Of a stretch of 64,000 bases of DNA, positions 44,611 through 57,769 are shown in pieces. How positions within the stretch are numbered: the stretch's first letter is position 1; every line of letters begins with the position of its first letter. Origin of the DNA: the human T2T-CHM13v2.0 reference genome, Homo sapiens; the NCBI RefSeq assembly GCF_009914755.1, contig NC_060927.1; one strand, written 5' to 3'. The notes under the pieces are model-generated. The model ran no database searches. It saw only the letters and a list, made by a program, of their open reading frames with translations, and had not been told where the DNA came from. Both the position numbers and the translations under genes were made by a program.

Positions 44611-45059
44611 TGAGGAATGGGTGGGACTTGCAACATTTTTAAGATGGGAAGATGGCAAAATTAAGTGTTTGATGCTTGTTTGAAAGAGGAGTCTTCAACA
44701 CAGGCGACAACGTGCCAGGTGGGGGTAAAGGAGCTTAATTTTGCTGCTTTCATTTCCAAATCAGGCTGAGACATCCAAGTGGAAACTCAGGAAGTAGAGG
44801 GAGATACTGTTTGGATGTGGCAGGGAGATTGACAGAGATGAGGGAGGTTGGGAGCCTGGCCATGCATAGGTGGTGACTGAGGTTCCTTGTGCTGTGCTCT
44901 GCCTGCAAAAGGCTTAGAACAAATGTGCTTTCCTTGCTGGGTCATTTCAGGGTACTCGGGGTGGTCAGCAATTGGCAACAGTTTAGTCAGAGAAGATTTC
45001 TCTCAAAATCTGATCTGTGCAGCGCTGACCTCTTTCAAGCACATACTGAAAGCACAAAC

Positions 45060-45225
45060 CCAACAGAGAGGAGCAGAAAAGATTAACAACTGGGCACTGG
45101 GCTAAAAACCCAGGTGATAAAATAATCTGCACAACAAACTCCCGCAAGACGTGTCTGCCTGTGTAACAAACCCTCCCATGTACTCTCTAACCTAAAATAA
45201 CAGTAAAAAAAGAAAGAAAAGAAAA
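45060..45225 (+). mobile_element. L1PA16/L1PB-like 3' end
   Basis: ggtgataaaataatctgcacaacaaactccc...catgtactctctaacctaaaataa plus A-rich tail. Confidence 0.75.
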
Positions 45226-45343
45226 CACAAACCCAAAGAGTTGTCAGGGAAGCCCTGGGAAGGATGTGAATGTCTGAAAGCTGCCTACATCTGAAACCAG
45301 AACCCGGAGAAGCTACAGCCCTCGCCGGGGCAGGAGCACTTAC

Positions 45344-45436
45344 CCGGGTGATGGGGCATATGGAGGTGGGCAGTAAGATGTGGTCTCTGAGTTCCCCACC
45401 GTCACACAACGTTGATAATTCACATTTGCGGTGAAA
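45344..45436 (-). CDS. DGKG: DGKG coding exon (~exon 13), 93 nt, end of C1B: FHRKCELSTLCDGGELRDHILLPTSICPITR
   Basis: Acceptor tctccccccag|TTT, donor CGG|gtaagt; phase 0-0. Confidence 0.97.
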
Positions 45437-45576
45437 CTGGGGGGAGAAATGAAAAAGAGAGTGAGTGAAAGTGAGCAAAGAAACATCAAACATGAAGGTG
45501 GAGAGGTTTGGGGGAGAGGTGAGCTGTCTAGTGCTCCCCCAAATCCTGATGCACTGCTGGCTTTGACAGTATTGCC

Positions 45577-45607
45577 GTGTGTGTGTGTGTGCACGTGTGT
45601 GTGTGTG
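45577..45607. repeat. Interrupted (TG)n microsatellite
   Basis: (GT)7-GCAC-(GT)6, alternating purine-pyrimidine. Confidence 0.9.
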
Positions 45608-46459
45608 GTTAAGGGTGCAAAGTCTGCTGTGGGCTGAGCAAAGAGGCCAAGAGCCGCTCATGGCTACTGAAGCGACACAGTCATGAGCCGGCCTGTGACC
45701 CTTCAGTGTGGCACCCCATGTTGATTCCAGAGCCCCCTTAGATATGTGCTCTCCAGGCCCTGAGACTCTGGGAGGAGGGAGATGTTGATGAACAAACTCA
45801 TGGATGGCTGAGAGTAAACCTTGTGATTCAACCTTTGTATTTTGAGAGTTCTGCAGTCTGGTTTGGAGAAACCTACATTTTGAGGCTGATACCTGGGGAG
45901 AAGGACAAGAGCTGGCAGTGAGTTTTGACAGGCAGGTTGGCCAGCTCAGTGGCTGCCAGTGGCATTCTGGGTGTCTAGTGGGGCTGTGGACTCTAGCATG
46001 TGCTGTGGCTGGTGGCAGCAGGTCCAAACCTTTGGCCCAGGCAGTGGGGCTGCTCTGAGGAATGTGCCTTCAGGGCAGGCACCCCCTCCTATGATGCTCC
46101 TGTTGTCCAATTTTTCTCCCACTCTGTCAGTGTCCCCGGCCCTAGGTGATAGCCAGGTAAAAGAAGTTCATAGTCGGGGCTGCTGATCCCAGCTGCCAGG
46201 CCACACAGACAGTGGACTGGCCAGCTTCTTCTTCAGCAGTCCTCACTCCCCTGGTTCGGGGGTGCCCTCTCTCTGGGCAGCTTGGTAATTCACTGGAGCA
46301 TCGTTAGGCTGAGGGCATTGAATAGGCGCTGTGGGGTCCTCCTAGCCTCGCTCCCCTGGCTTTGCTCATGCCCTCTGGCCGGATATTCACTGCTCCTGGG
46401 CTGCAGCTTGGGCAAAAAAACGTTGAAAAGAAGCAGGGCCGCCCTGGGCGCCAACCCAC

Positions 46460-46576
46460 CGTCATCCGGCACCACACGCAGTGCCGCGCGGTGACACTCT
46501 GGTAGCACTTGATACTTTTGTGGCACCGGTCACACTTGACGGAGGAGTTCCCTTCCACCCATGCGTGCTGCATCAC
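46460..46576 (-). CDS. DGKG: DGKG coding exon (~exon 12), 117 nt, N-part of C1B: [39 protein letters not shown]
   Basis: Acceptor ctcccgcag|GTG, donor ACG|gtgggt; phase 0-0. Confidence 0.97.
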
Positions 46577-47182
46577 CTGCGGGAGGGAAGCGAACGATGC
46601 CAGGGAAAATGGCAGAACCATGTCCCCGGGGCCCTGGGCTGGAGGAGAAGGATCTGGGAGGGGACGCGGGGGAGCCAGAGGGACTGTTTCCTATTTAGAG
46701 GATGCTTATTGGATGTTGGGTGGCTTGCCTAATGGCACGATGTGGTTCCTCCCTGCCTAACCGCCATTATGCGAATCAAAGTAGATTAAAAGCTCGCTTT
46801 GCCACATTTTGAACAGCTCAATCGCCCTGGAAGGCAGGCCTCTGAGCAGCATCTTGTCTGGCAGTCCATCTGTTTGTCTTGCAGAACGCCTTGCAGAGTG
46901 ATGTGTTTGTATGCGCCCTCTTCTGGAAGGCAGCATGGTGCAGAGGAACTCTGGAGGGCTTGGGTAGGCCACAGACAAAACTGGCTGGAGTCCCTTTGAA
47001 GTGGTGGCCTTTGGCCAGTTCTTAGACCTCTCTGAGTCTCAGGTCCCTGACCTGTGGGAATTGGTATAAGAAGTCCCACCTCTGGGGTTACTGGGGCAAT
47101 GCAATGAGATAGCACATTTTGAAGGGCCTCCCTGGTGCAGTCCTGGCCCTTTGGGAGTACCCACAATTGGGTAATGCCCTTC

Positions 47183-47358
47183 TCCTTCCTCAGCTTTAGC
47201 TGCCCATTAGAAGTACCTGGGGGAGCTTTTAGACATCCTAATGCCCAGCCGACACTCCAGACCAAATAAATTAGAGTCTTTGAGGGTGGGGCACATGATT
47301 AATATGTTTTAAAGCACTCTGGGTAATTATAACGTGAAGCCGAGACTAAAAAGCACTC
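47183..47358. mobile_element. MER5B-like hAT-Charlie
   Basis: gctgcccattagaagtacctgggggagctttt...ccagaccaaataaattagagtct. Confidence 0.65.
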
Positions 47359-47660
47359 TAGAAGGAAGTTAGAGAAAAGTCCAAAGAAGTTAGTGAGGGT
47401 CCATTGGTGCTTTTCACACCTGTTTCCTGGGGAGCTGGTTGTATCTGCTCCGTGACCAGGAAAGACCACCAGGGCAGGCTAGGCACTTGGAAACAGGTGG
47501 GAATAGTGGGATTGTTTTTGTATGTGTGTGTCAGTGCGGCTAAAGCAAGAGCAGCTGGCTAGTAGCCCCACTGTCTGGGAGGCTGAACCCTCAGTTCCCT
47601 CCCCCTGGAATTCTCACCAAAATTCTCACTCAAAAATTTTCACTATGGTACCACAAATAA

Positions 47661-48088
<428 letters not shown>

Positions 48089-48879
48089 AAGAATAAATGT
48101 TTTAAATTACTTAGCAATTAAGTTGCTTAAGGCCTCCCCTAAGAATGTTTTTGGCAAAATTATTGCTTTGGAAGATGTGTCACGTTTGGTTGGTAGCTTA
48201 TCACCTTGTGCCTTGCACTTCTGAGGGTGTAAAGAACTCAGTTTGCCAATTAATCTGTCATCTACATGGCCACAATTGAATTTGCTCTGAGATTATTATT
48301 TCCATTTTGCAGAGGAAAAAATGAAAGTTTCAGAGAGGTTAAGTGACTGGCCCTAGGTTCCAAGGCTGGTAAGCGGCCAAGTAGGGTTTCCTAGCCAGGT
48401 CTTCTGACCCCAAGTCCAGGGCTGTTTCCCCAACACCACATCGCCTTACCCATTCTCTTTGGGATCTGAGGAGATGGTGAAAGACTGGGTTGCTCCTGCA
48501 GGCTGAGAAGTTTGTGAGTGTGCCCTGCTGGCCCCTCATTGGCCTCACTCTGTTCTCTGTGTGACAGGTGGCCAGAGTGCAGGCTTAGGGCCTGCGTCCA
48601 GCAGGTACACCGTGTGTCCCGGTGAAAGGCATGGACATGGAGCAGGGTGTGCATGGGGTGGTGCAGAAGGCGTGGACGAGAGACCATGCAGTGTCCATGG
48701 GGCATGCACACAAATTCTAGGAGGTGCCTTTCTCTACCAGGAGTCCTTCTGCAGGAGGGCTGGGTACCACTCTCATGGCTAACTGTCTCCTGACTCACAC
48801 TCCTCCATGTAATCTTCCCTTTTCAGGAAGGCTAAGTGCCCTTCCCCTGCTAATTTTAAGGTAAGTCTATTTCCAGACT

Positions 48880-49770
48880 TGGAGAATGGCATCACCCAAT
48901 GACCGAGTTAGAAACCTGGGAGCCATTCCCTACCTTTTCCCTTCTCTCATCCTCCGCATCCCCATCACCATGTCCTGGTCCTAGTGGTGGTACTTCCAAA
49001 TTACCTCTCAAGCTCTCCCTTCATTTTCTCTCCTTTAGCCAGTGTGACAGTCAAAATACCCAATAACCAGCATGGCCTGGGGGACCCTCAGCACAGGACC
49101 ATCCTAGAGCAGTGAGTGTGGATCCCACCCCAGTCGGGCCCTCAGCGCAGTACTGCCTTTTACCTCAAGTATTGGAAGAGTTTCCCTCCCCTGATTTCTC
49201 TCCCACATCACACTCAGAGCTATTAACCTAATTCACAAATTCGATCACATCTTTATGTGCTTGAAGCTCTTCAGTGGCCCCCGGCTGCACAGAAAACACC
49301 TTTCTCACTCAGCTGGCCTCATAAGACCTGCTTCAGGCCAGATCTCACCACTTTCTGAGTGCATCTCCTGCCACTTCCCTTTAAGCATCCTCTGCCCCAG
49401 CTATGCCAAACTAAGTATGAATCCCGGAATAAGCCATGTCTCATGCCTTTACACATGAGGCTTCCTCTGCCTGGAGAGTCTGGTCCTCCTCGATGCCTCA
49501 TGAAGTCCTCCCAATTTGTGTTCAAGACACAACTGCAATGCCAGCTCCTTTGTGCAACTTGCCCCGTGCTTCCACTGTACCTTCCACACAGCTGTGTTAC
49601 TGTAGCACACATCTCACTATTCTGTTCTTTGCTTACATGCCCGTCTCTCCTTCTAGACAGCATAGTTCTTGAGCAGGCTGGGGAGCGTCTCTTACAACCT
49701 GTGTACCCCCTAGCATGGTGCCTGGCACATAGTGGGTACCAGGAAGGTGCTGAATGGATGGATGGATGAA
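48880..49770 (+). mobile_element. L2 fragment(s)
   Basis: Ends cctagcatggtgcctggcacatagtgggt...tgaatggatggatggatgaa. Confidence 0.65.
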
Positions 49771-49912
49771 CGGGATGGTTTACAGGTGGTCCTCAAGGCA
49801 GAGAAGGGACTGGATGAAGCTCCCAGTGCCCCTTCCTGCCCAGGAATCCATGTTGATGGACATGTTTCCTGGATGAGGCATGCAGTAGAACAAGGCAGTA
49901 GATGTCACCAAC

Positions 49913-50001
49913 CTCACCACTCCTTTTGGCTTTTGAGTACGTTTTGACACAACCAGGAATGTTTTTGGACACACAGCGTTCGTGGACAGTGTATTTACAG
50001 T
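49913..50001 (-). CDS. DGKG: DGKG coding exon (~exon 11), 89 nt, C-part of C1A: (Y)[29 protein letters not shown]
   Basis: Acceptor tcttttcag|AC, donor GAG|gttggt; completes C-x2-C-x4-H-x2-C-x7-C; phase 1-0. Confidence 0.96.
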
Positions 50002-50364
50002 CTGAAAAGAAAAAAAGTCAAGGCAGGTGCTTGTGAATAGCCACGTAGGAAAGGCCCAGCTGCCCTCCCACCCTAGCCAAGGTCTGTACCTCCCTTTGGG
50101 TGGCTGGCGAGGGGCAGGGGACACATGGGGCTGGTCTTGCCTAACGGAAATTCAAAACAGTCTCTAATTGTTCTTGGAGGACAGAGACCCTGCTTATCTG
50201 CTGCGGCTGCACCTCCACCTGCTTCACTGCCTTCCTCTGCAGGCAATGAACACAGCAGGAACACATCCCCAGAAAGGCGCTTTTTCCTGAAGGGGAGTGT
50301 GCGGCATCATCCTCCTGGCTATGCCAGTGCCACTGTATTGCATGCCCGGGACATTGGAAAATGA

Positions 50365-50677
<313 letters not shown>

Positions 50678-50984
50678 AAGGTCAGGGCTTTTGAAGGCTA
50701 GGCAGGCCCCCGTGACAATCCACATGACCTTGGGTAAATTGTTTTACCTCTCTGAAATTCAGGGTTTTCTGTAAAAAGGGAAGAAAACGGCCTCTCTTTC
50801 TCTTTCTCTTTGCAGGGATTGTTGCAGTAGTACATGAGATAGTTTGTGTAAAGCATCACGTGTCTGGGTCAGAGTAGCTATTCCACACATTATTGCTGTT
50901 GTTTTTACTACCATTATGTGAACAGCAGAGGCCCACGGGCCTAGAACTTAATGGGAATGAGATTGATCTATAAAATGTGGGTAA

Positions 50985-51335
<351 letters not shown>

Positions 51336-51837
51336 GGACCCCTTCTTTAGCCCGTTGATGCTTGGTCTTTGTGGACAGCGGGCCCAGCTCTGCCAAGGCG
51401 ACTTCTGTGGCTGAGGTCACTTGCTGCCTAATTCACACGTGCATGTTGGATAAAGCACTTCAGCCTGGAGCACAGCCAGCGGGCCTCCCTGCAGCAGCAG
51501 CTCCCCGGTGTCTGGTGGGTTCAGGCTGAGTGTTGCTGTCCACATCACGGGGCTGGCGGCAGGGCTCTGTGCACCCACATATTCTGGTGCCTGCCATGCC
51601 TTCTTGCTGCAGCCCCTCTGCCTTCTCCTCCTGCTCCCTGTGTCCCCTTCTTTCCTACTCCTTATCACTCTTTTCCCCCATCTCTTTTTGCTGTCTCCCT
51701 TTCCAGTCTTCCTCTCTGCTTTTTCCTCTACCACTTGTAGTTTTTTCCACCTTTCCACTCTGACTTTACTAAAGGAATTAAAAAGTGAAACAACTGTAGA
51801 GTTTTAATTCCTATTGCCTTTACAGAATGTAAAATGC

Positions 51838-52838
51838 TTTGTTTGTTTGTTTGTTTGTTGTTTTTGAGACAGGGTTTCACTCCGTCATCCAAGCTGGAGT
51901 GCAGTGGTGCAATCTCAGCTCACCGCAACCTCTGCCTCCTGGGCTCGAGTGATCCTCCCACCTCAGCCTCCTGAGTAGCTGGGATTACAGGCGCATGCCA
52001 CCATGCCCAGCTAATTTTTTTTTAGTATTTTTATTTTTTATTTTTTTATTTTTATTTTTTATTATACATTAAGTTCTAGGGTACATGTGCACAATGTGCA
52101 GGTTTGTTACATGTGTATACATATGCCATGTTGGTGTGCTACACCCATTAACTCATCATTTACATTAGGTATATCTCCTAATGCTATCCCTCCCCCCTCC
52201 CCCCACCCCACGACAGGCCCCAGTGTGTGATGTTCCCCACTCTGTGTCCAAGTGTTCTCATTGTCCAATTCCCACCTATGAGTGAGAACATGCGGTGTTT
52301 GGTTTTATGATCTTGCGATAGTTTGCTCAGAATGATGGTTTCCAGCTTCATCCATGTCCCTACAAAGGACGTGAACTCATCCCTTTTTATGGCTGCATAG
52401 TATTCTATGGTATATATGTGCCACATTTTCTTAATCCAATCTATCATTGATGGACATTTGGGTTGGTTCTAAGTCTTTGCTGTTGTGAATAGTGCCACAA
52501 TAAACATACGTGTGCATGTGTCTTTATAGCAGCATGATTTATAATCCTTTGGGTATATGCCCAGTAATGGGATGGCTGGGTCAAATGGTATTTCTAGTTC
52601 TAGATCCTTGAGGAATCGCCACACTGTCTTCCACAATGGTTGAACTAGTTTACAGTCCCACCAACAGTGTAAAAGTGTTCCTATTTCTCCACATCCTTTC
52701 CAGCACCTTAGTATTTTTAGTAGGGACAAGGTTTCTCCATGTTGGCAGGGCCGGTCTTAAACTACAGGCCTCAAGCAATCCACCTGCTTCTGCCTCCCAA
52801 AGTGCTGGGATTTCAGGTGTGAGCCACCGTACTTGGCC
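51838..52838 (-). mobile_element. AluJ split at its A-rich linker by an L1PA insertion
   Basis: Right arm about 51838-52021, left arm about 52720-52838; outer TSD AAATGCTT. Confidence 0.9.
52034..52707 (-). mobile_element. 5'-truncated L1PA (PA4-6-like) 3' end with ORF2 C-terminal remnant
   Basis: ORF-track peptides [18 protein letters not shown] and WIKKMWHIYT are L1 ORF2; TSD TTAGTATTTTTA at 52022-52033 and 52708-52719. Confidence 0.95.
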
Positions 52839-53206
52839 CCAAATGCTTATTAATTTTTAAAAAATAAGTTTCCTCTGAACATACCCAGAATAAATATTGA
52901 CTAGAAAACCCAACTAAAAGTAGTATGAGAAATTTTAAATTATTTGTGGACTTTAATAATTTCTTCTAGGGGGTCAGTGGCTCATAAAAAGCCTCCAATA
53001 ATAAATAGTCCAAGACCTGTCCATTGGACTTGGGTAGGGTAAAAACAGGACATGAAGGCCTCGCTTTATTCCTTCTGTTGGGACAATATGGGTGGTCCCT
53101 CAAGCTGGGAAGCAGAAATACCAACATTTTCTCTGCAATGGATCAACCAACCATGCGCAGAGCAAGATAGTGCCTGGGGGAAGAGGTTTGAAGGAAATTT
53201 ACTCAC

Positions 53207-53324
53207 AAGTGCAGCACAGGCCTTGCTTGCGGACGCCCATGAGCATGATATGGCAGAAGTTGCAGTAGGTTGGTTTCTTGAAGTGCTTCATGGTCCAGGC
53301 GTGCCGCCCATCCCCCTTGGAGCC
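53207..53324 (-). CDS. DGKG: DGKG coding exon (~exon 10), 118 nt, N-part of C1A: [39 protein letters not shown]
   Basis: Acceptor ccctgcag|GGC, donor T|gtgagt; C1 pattern H-x12-C-x2-C plus QG; phase 0-1. Confidence 0.97.
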
Positions 53325-53449
53325 CTGCAGGGGTAATAGGAGGTGAGACCCCAAGCTGGCTGCCCTGAGATGGAGGAAGCCAGGGGCTGCCTCTTGCATG
53401 TTCTTCCTTTTCATCTCATTTAGAAGATGAGTTATTGATATTTTTTACT

Positions 53450-53605
53450 GTTTTAAATACAAATAAAAACAAAATTTTTGTGTGTGTGTTTTAAAAATTA
53501 GCAAATATTAAAAGCAAGAAACATCTGAATGGAAGCATGTGTGTGTGGGATAAAATAAATCCTCTCCCGCATGGCTGGCAGAAGCATAAACTGAACAACA
53601 ATCTG

Positions 53606-53655
<50 letters not shown>

Positions 53656-54160
53656 TATCTATCATCTATCTATCTATCTCCTTTAAATGTTTACAACCTT
53701 TGACTTACCAATATCTCCTTTTCGACTTTATCCTAAATAAATAATTTTTAAAAGGCAGATGAGCCTTTTTGTGCCCTGCCAGATGCTTAACCCAGCATTA
53801 TTTAAAATAATGAAAAGCTGGAAATATCCTAAAGGTCTCATAATTACCAAAAGGCTAATGATAGTACATCCGTCTGATGTAATGTTAGGTGGCAATCAAA
53901 AAGATATTTATAAGACTATCTAATGGCATGGGAATGTGCTCATGATACAATGTTAAGCGAAAAAACAGAATGCCATTTCGATGATATGTTATGATTTCAG
54001 TTTTATATAATAGATCTTTGATGGGAAGTAATTTCATTAACCTGTTAACAGAGGTTGGCTATAGCTGGCAGCAATATGGATTTATTGTATTCTCTGATTT
54101 CTACTTTCTGCTGTGTGTTCCAAATGTTTTACAGTGTGCATGTACTAGTGTGATAATCAA
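53450..54160 (+). mobile_element. Old L1M (L1ME-like) fragment
   Basis: gcattatttaaaataatgaaaagctggaaatatcctaaagg...ggcatgggaatgtgctcatgatacaatgttaag. Confidence 0.6.
53607..53679. repeat. (TCTA)n / GATA tetranucleotide STR
   Basis: 12 perfect TCTA units (53607-53654) followed by interrupted units. Confidence 0.96.
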
Positions 54161-54999
54161 GATGAAAGAGTTTAGTAAAAACAATGTATTTCTCCTATCA
54201 ACTTTCGGTACGCAGAAAAAATAGTGAAAAGACAGACAGAGAAAGGGTTAGACCATCACCTCCTGACTTTGTTCAGAAGTGAAATCATCTGCATCTACTA
54301 GGTACACCAAGCCTCACACAGTGACACCCACATCTCCCACATCCCATCCCAGGGGAACACAGCACAGCTTGAGGAATGTCCCTCCTGCATGTGCTATCCC
54401 TGAACTTTTCTCATAGGCTCCATTACAAGAGTAACACTCTTGGGCTGGTTTCATGATCAGTAAAAGCTACGGTAAGGTGATGAGGATCGATGGTCATGGA
54501 TGTAGTGTCCAATATGCGGGACTCAAATGTAATTCTTACTTCTGGGGTGCGTATGCATTTGGGCTGGTCACTGCAACCAGACCTCAGCCTGTGCCCAGGC
54601 TTCTGTTATGATCTCCAGAGGAGCTCACATTCTTTTCCAAATGCTGGCTTTCTCCTCTGGGCCAGAGAAGCTATTTTCTTCTCATTACCTCAAACCCTGC
54701 TTCTTCCAGGACATGAGTTTTATAGAATTAAAACCCTCTTATCTAACGGTCTCCACTTTAGTAAATGCATTCACAAACTGATAATGATTCATCAAAAGAT
54801 TGATTCATTCATTTATTCGTTTGACCAACATCTACCTCAAGGGCTTTTTGTAAGAATTAAATGACATCATGTAAGTAAAGCTTCTAGTTCAATGCCTGAC
54901 ATATTGTAAATTCAAACTTTCATTAAATTCTTATTCCATTCCAGATGCCGGAAGACACAAAATAAACTAAAAAGTGTTTGTTGACGTGGAAGGAGGTAG

Positions 55000-55150
55000 A
55001 TTTGTTCCCATTCTAGAAATGAGAAACAGAGATTTGGAGAAGTTCGGTAACTAGCCCAAGCCCACATAGATAATGAGGGACTGAATGAGTAGTCAGACTT
55101 GGGTCTTTTGCTGGCCAGAGCCCATGCTCTTTCCATCCTGCTCCTCTACC
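55000..55150 (-). mobile_element. MIR
   Basis: cccattctagaaatgagaaacagagatttggagaagttcggtaactagcccaagcccaca. Confidence 0.65.
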
Positions 55151-57510
55151 TCACAAGCCAGGGTTTTCCTGTATGGGTAGAAGGAAAATGATAGCACTCT
55201 TCAGCAGACTTCTTCGTGGAGCCCAAAGGATTGTCAGTGTATCTGAAAACACCTCTAGTAGCTAAGTCAGTTAGCTCATCCCCCTTTCTCAGCTACTATT
55301 TTTATGGATATAAGAAGTGCATGGACCGTGACTTGGGATAAAGTAACGTTTCTGCTTGGGTTATAGCACCATCATGTGGCTCTTTCCTTTCCACATGATG
55401 GTGGCTGCAGAACGTGGGCGTAGCCTTCCTCGTGCTCACCAGGTTTTATGCTGCTGCTACGATTTTCCTGGGAGAGAGTCTGTTTTGCAAATATCTCATT
55501 CAGTGATTCCCCAGACTTTTCAGTGGTTGTATGTGGGTTTTGAAAAAGCCCAAGAAGCAATGGACTTTTAAGACATTGATGGGGGCTTTCTCCAAAACCC
55601 CAAATAGTAAGTGTTAAAAACTTTTAAAGTACATATTTAAAAATAAGTGCATAAAACTCTTGATTAATAAAACTAAACTTGCATTGGCCACTTTCCTGAT
55701 ATAAATGAGAGTTTTCTACAAGGCTGATCTGGCATTTAGGGGAGACATTTGGGAGAATGCTGAGGAAGTAGATGGGCTCTCCTTCCTCCTGCCACAAGAC
55801 AGCGGGTCTTTTCCATGCAAAGAGTTGGTGGTATTTTGAACCTCAGCAAGTCCAAAGTAGAACAGAAAATGGAAATTGATTCCCTGTAACTAAAATGTCC
55901 CATCTTTATTCCCTAAATGAGAAAAAAAAAATGGTGTTTTGGAACAGAACTTCCATTTTGTCTTGAGTATAATCTTAAGTGAGTAAAGTCAGCAGAAAGC
56001 ATATCTAACTTATCTGAGCCCTTCCAGTTCCTGGATCACATGGGTTCTTGTACATAAAGCTTCTTGGCAAGGGATCATTGGGTGAGAGGCGTGATGTGAG
56101 CGAGTAAGGGGGATGATCTCTGGTGCTAGTTCGGTGGATGTCCTTGGGCAAGTTCCTTCATTTCTCTGGGTCTCAGTTTGTAAAAGAAAGGGGATCAACC
56201 AGGGACCACAAAGATCTTTTCCAGCTTGACTTTCTAGGGTTCTAAGGAATAAGAAGGGGGTCATGTAGATCCTGGTTCCTTGATTTCTCCTTAGAGCTTG
56301 GAAAGCACTGGACATGCTATGAAATGATTGCAAGATTCATAGTTCTTGAGCTTCAGAAATGGGGGCTCAGCTTTAGTCCTGAATTGCAGAGCTATGAAAT
56401 GAAGATATTATAGGCAACTTGGTCAGCTAGAGGCTCACCCAGCTGCACTTGCTGCCCTGTTCCTCTCTATGGAATAGTCTCAAAGAGGTGTAATCTTTGA
56501 GATCTGTAATCTCAAAGTAGTGTTGTCACACAACTGGTGTGACTAGTAAACGCTTAATGTCACCATTTGTGCTCCTACTAGTTTTAGTCTTCCCTACCTC
56601 ATGCATGGAAGTGAGTTCACTTGGTAAATAGGTGGAGAATACAGTAACTGGGTCAGATGAAGGTATATATAACAATCAGTTTCACATTAAGCCTGTACAC
56701 ATATGCCCTACTCTGATCAAATGGGAGATTTGCCTAACACACCCAGAACTTTCTTTCATTTGTGTTTTTAATCAAGCTGTTCTCCAAGCCATAAACTCTC
56801 TCTAGGTCTTTAAGGCCACCTGCTCTTTATTCTCAAGAATGGGACATCAAAATCTCATGCATTCTTCAGGGACAAGTCAACACCTTCCAAGGTTTCTTCC
56901 CACTGGCCTAACTCTCATGTGTGGGATATTACAAAGTGCAACATCTTTGGTGTCAGAGACAAATCCTCACTCCTCCTTTTGCTCCTTAGGGTCAGAACCT
57001 CAGTTTTCCATCTGTATAAATTGGGATAAAAATATTTACCTTATCTGGTTGTTTTGATTATTAAATAAGATACCACTAATGGAAGCCACCCCCACAACAG
57101 ATCCGTATTTTTTCCTCTCTCCCTTCGTTCTTTCCTCTCACCCTTCCTTCCCCAATTCTCTTAGCATTTTTAAACCTAATTTGTTGAAAAGACAGAATTC
57201 TTCTTTGAAGTTTGTGGCCCTTTGCCTGGTTGAGTATAAGGTTCTTGCAGGCAGATAATGTGTCTGTATTCCCTCACAGCATGCAGAACAGTATTTTTAA
57301 AGTAGTAATAATGTAGTAAATGTCTGTCAAATGAATATACTTCAGGCACTAATGGATACAAAATAATGTAAATAGAGAGGACTTTGGGGCTGGTCATGGC
57401 ACGTCTGTTGGGCAGTCTGGAGCAGAAGCCAAAGTGATATGTTGATATTAACATGAAGCCCAATGTTCCTGAATGGCAAGAGATCTCTGAACTCCAGCTT
57501 GTTGACTTAC

Positions 57511-57633
57511 AGAGTCATCCATCCCCAGGAGGACCAGCAATGGGATGGTGGTCATCCCTCCATGGACCCATTCCTGTAGAGACACAAAGCCGTCCCGGTC
57601 GTAGTCCATCCCTTGCAGCATCTCCTTCAATAT
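57511..57633 (-). CDS. DGKG: DGKG coding exon (~exon 9), 123 nt, EF-hand 2: [41 protein letters not shown]
   Basis: Acceptor ttccacag|ATA, donor TCT|gtaagt; EF loop [12 protein letters not shown]; inside ORF 57448..57657. Confidence 0.97.
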
Positions 57634-57769
57634 CTGTGGAATCCAAAGAGCAATCATTGTCCATTTTCATCATCGACATGTCTACCTGCCTTCTGCCTCT
57701 GCTGTCTTGTTCATCTTGCATTATCTGGTTTGTGTTTTACCCCTTTCCCCTCCTGTTAAGTGTGAATAG

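Noticed and set aside
45083-46027. 314-aa ORF, the longest in the track
   Set aside because: It is DGKG exon 13 read through into flanking intron, a CA repeat and an L1 end; the start is non-ATG and there is no other recognisable domain
52184-52729. ORFs with reverse-transcriptase-protein-like sequence
   Set aside because: Broken C-terminal remnant of L1 ORF2 in a 5'-truncated copy; not an active element or a gene
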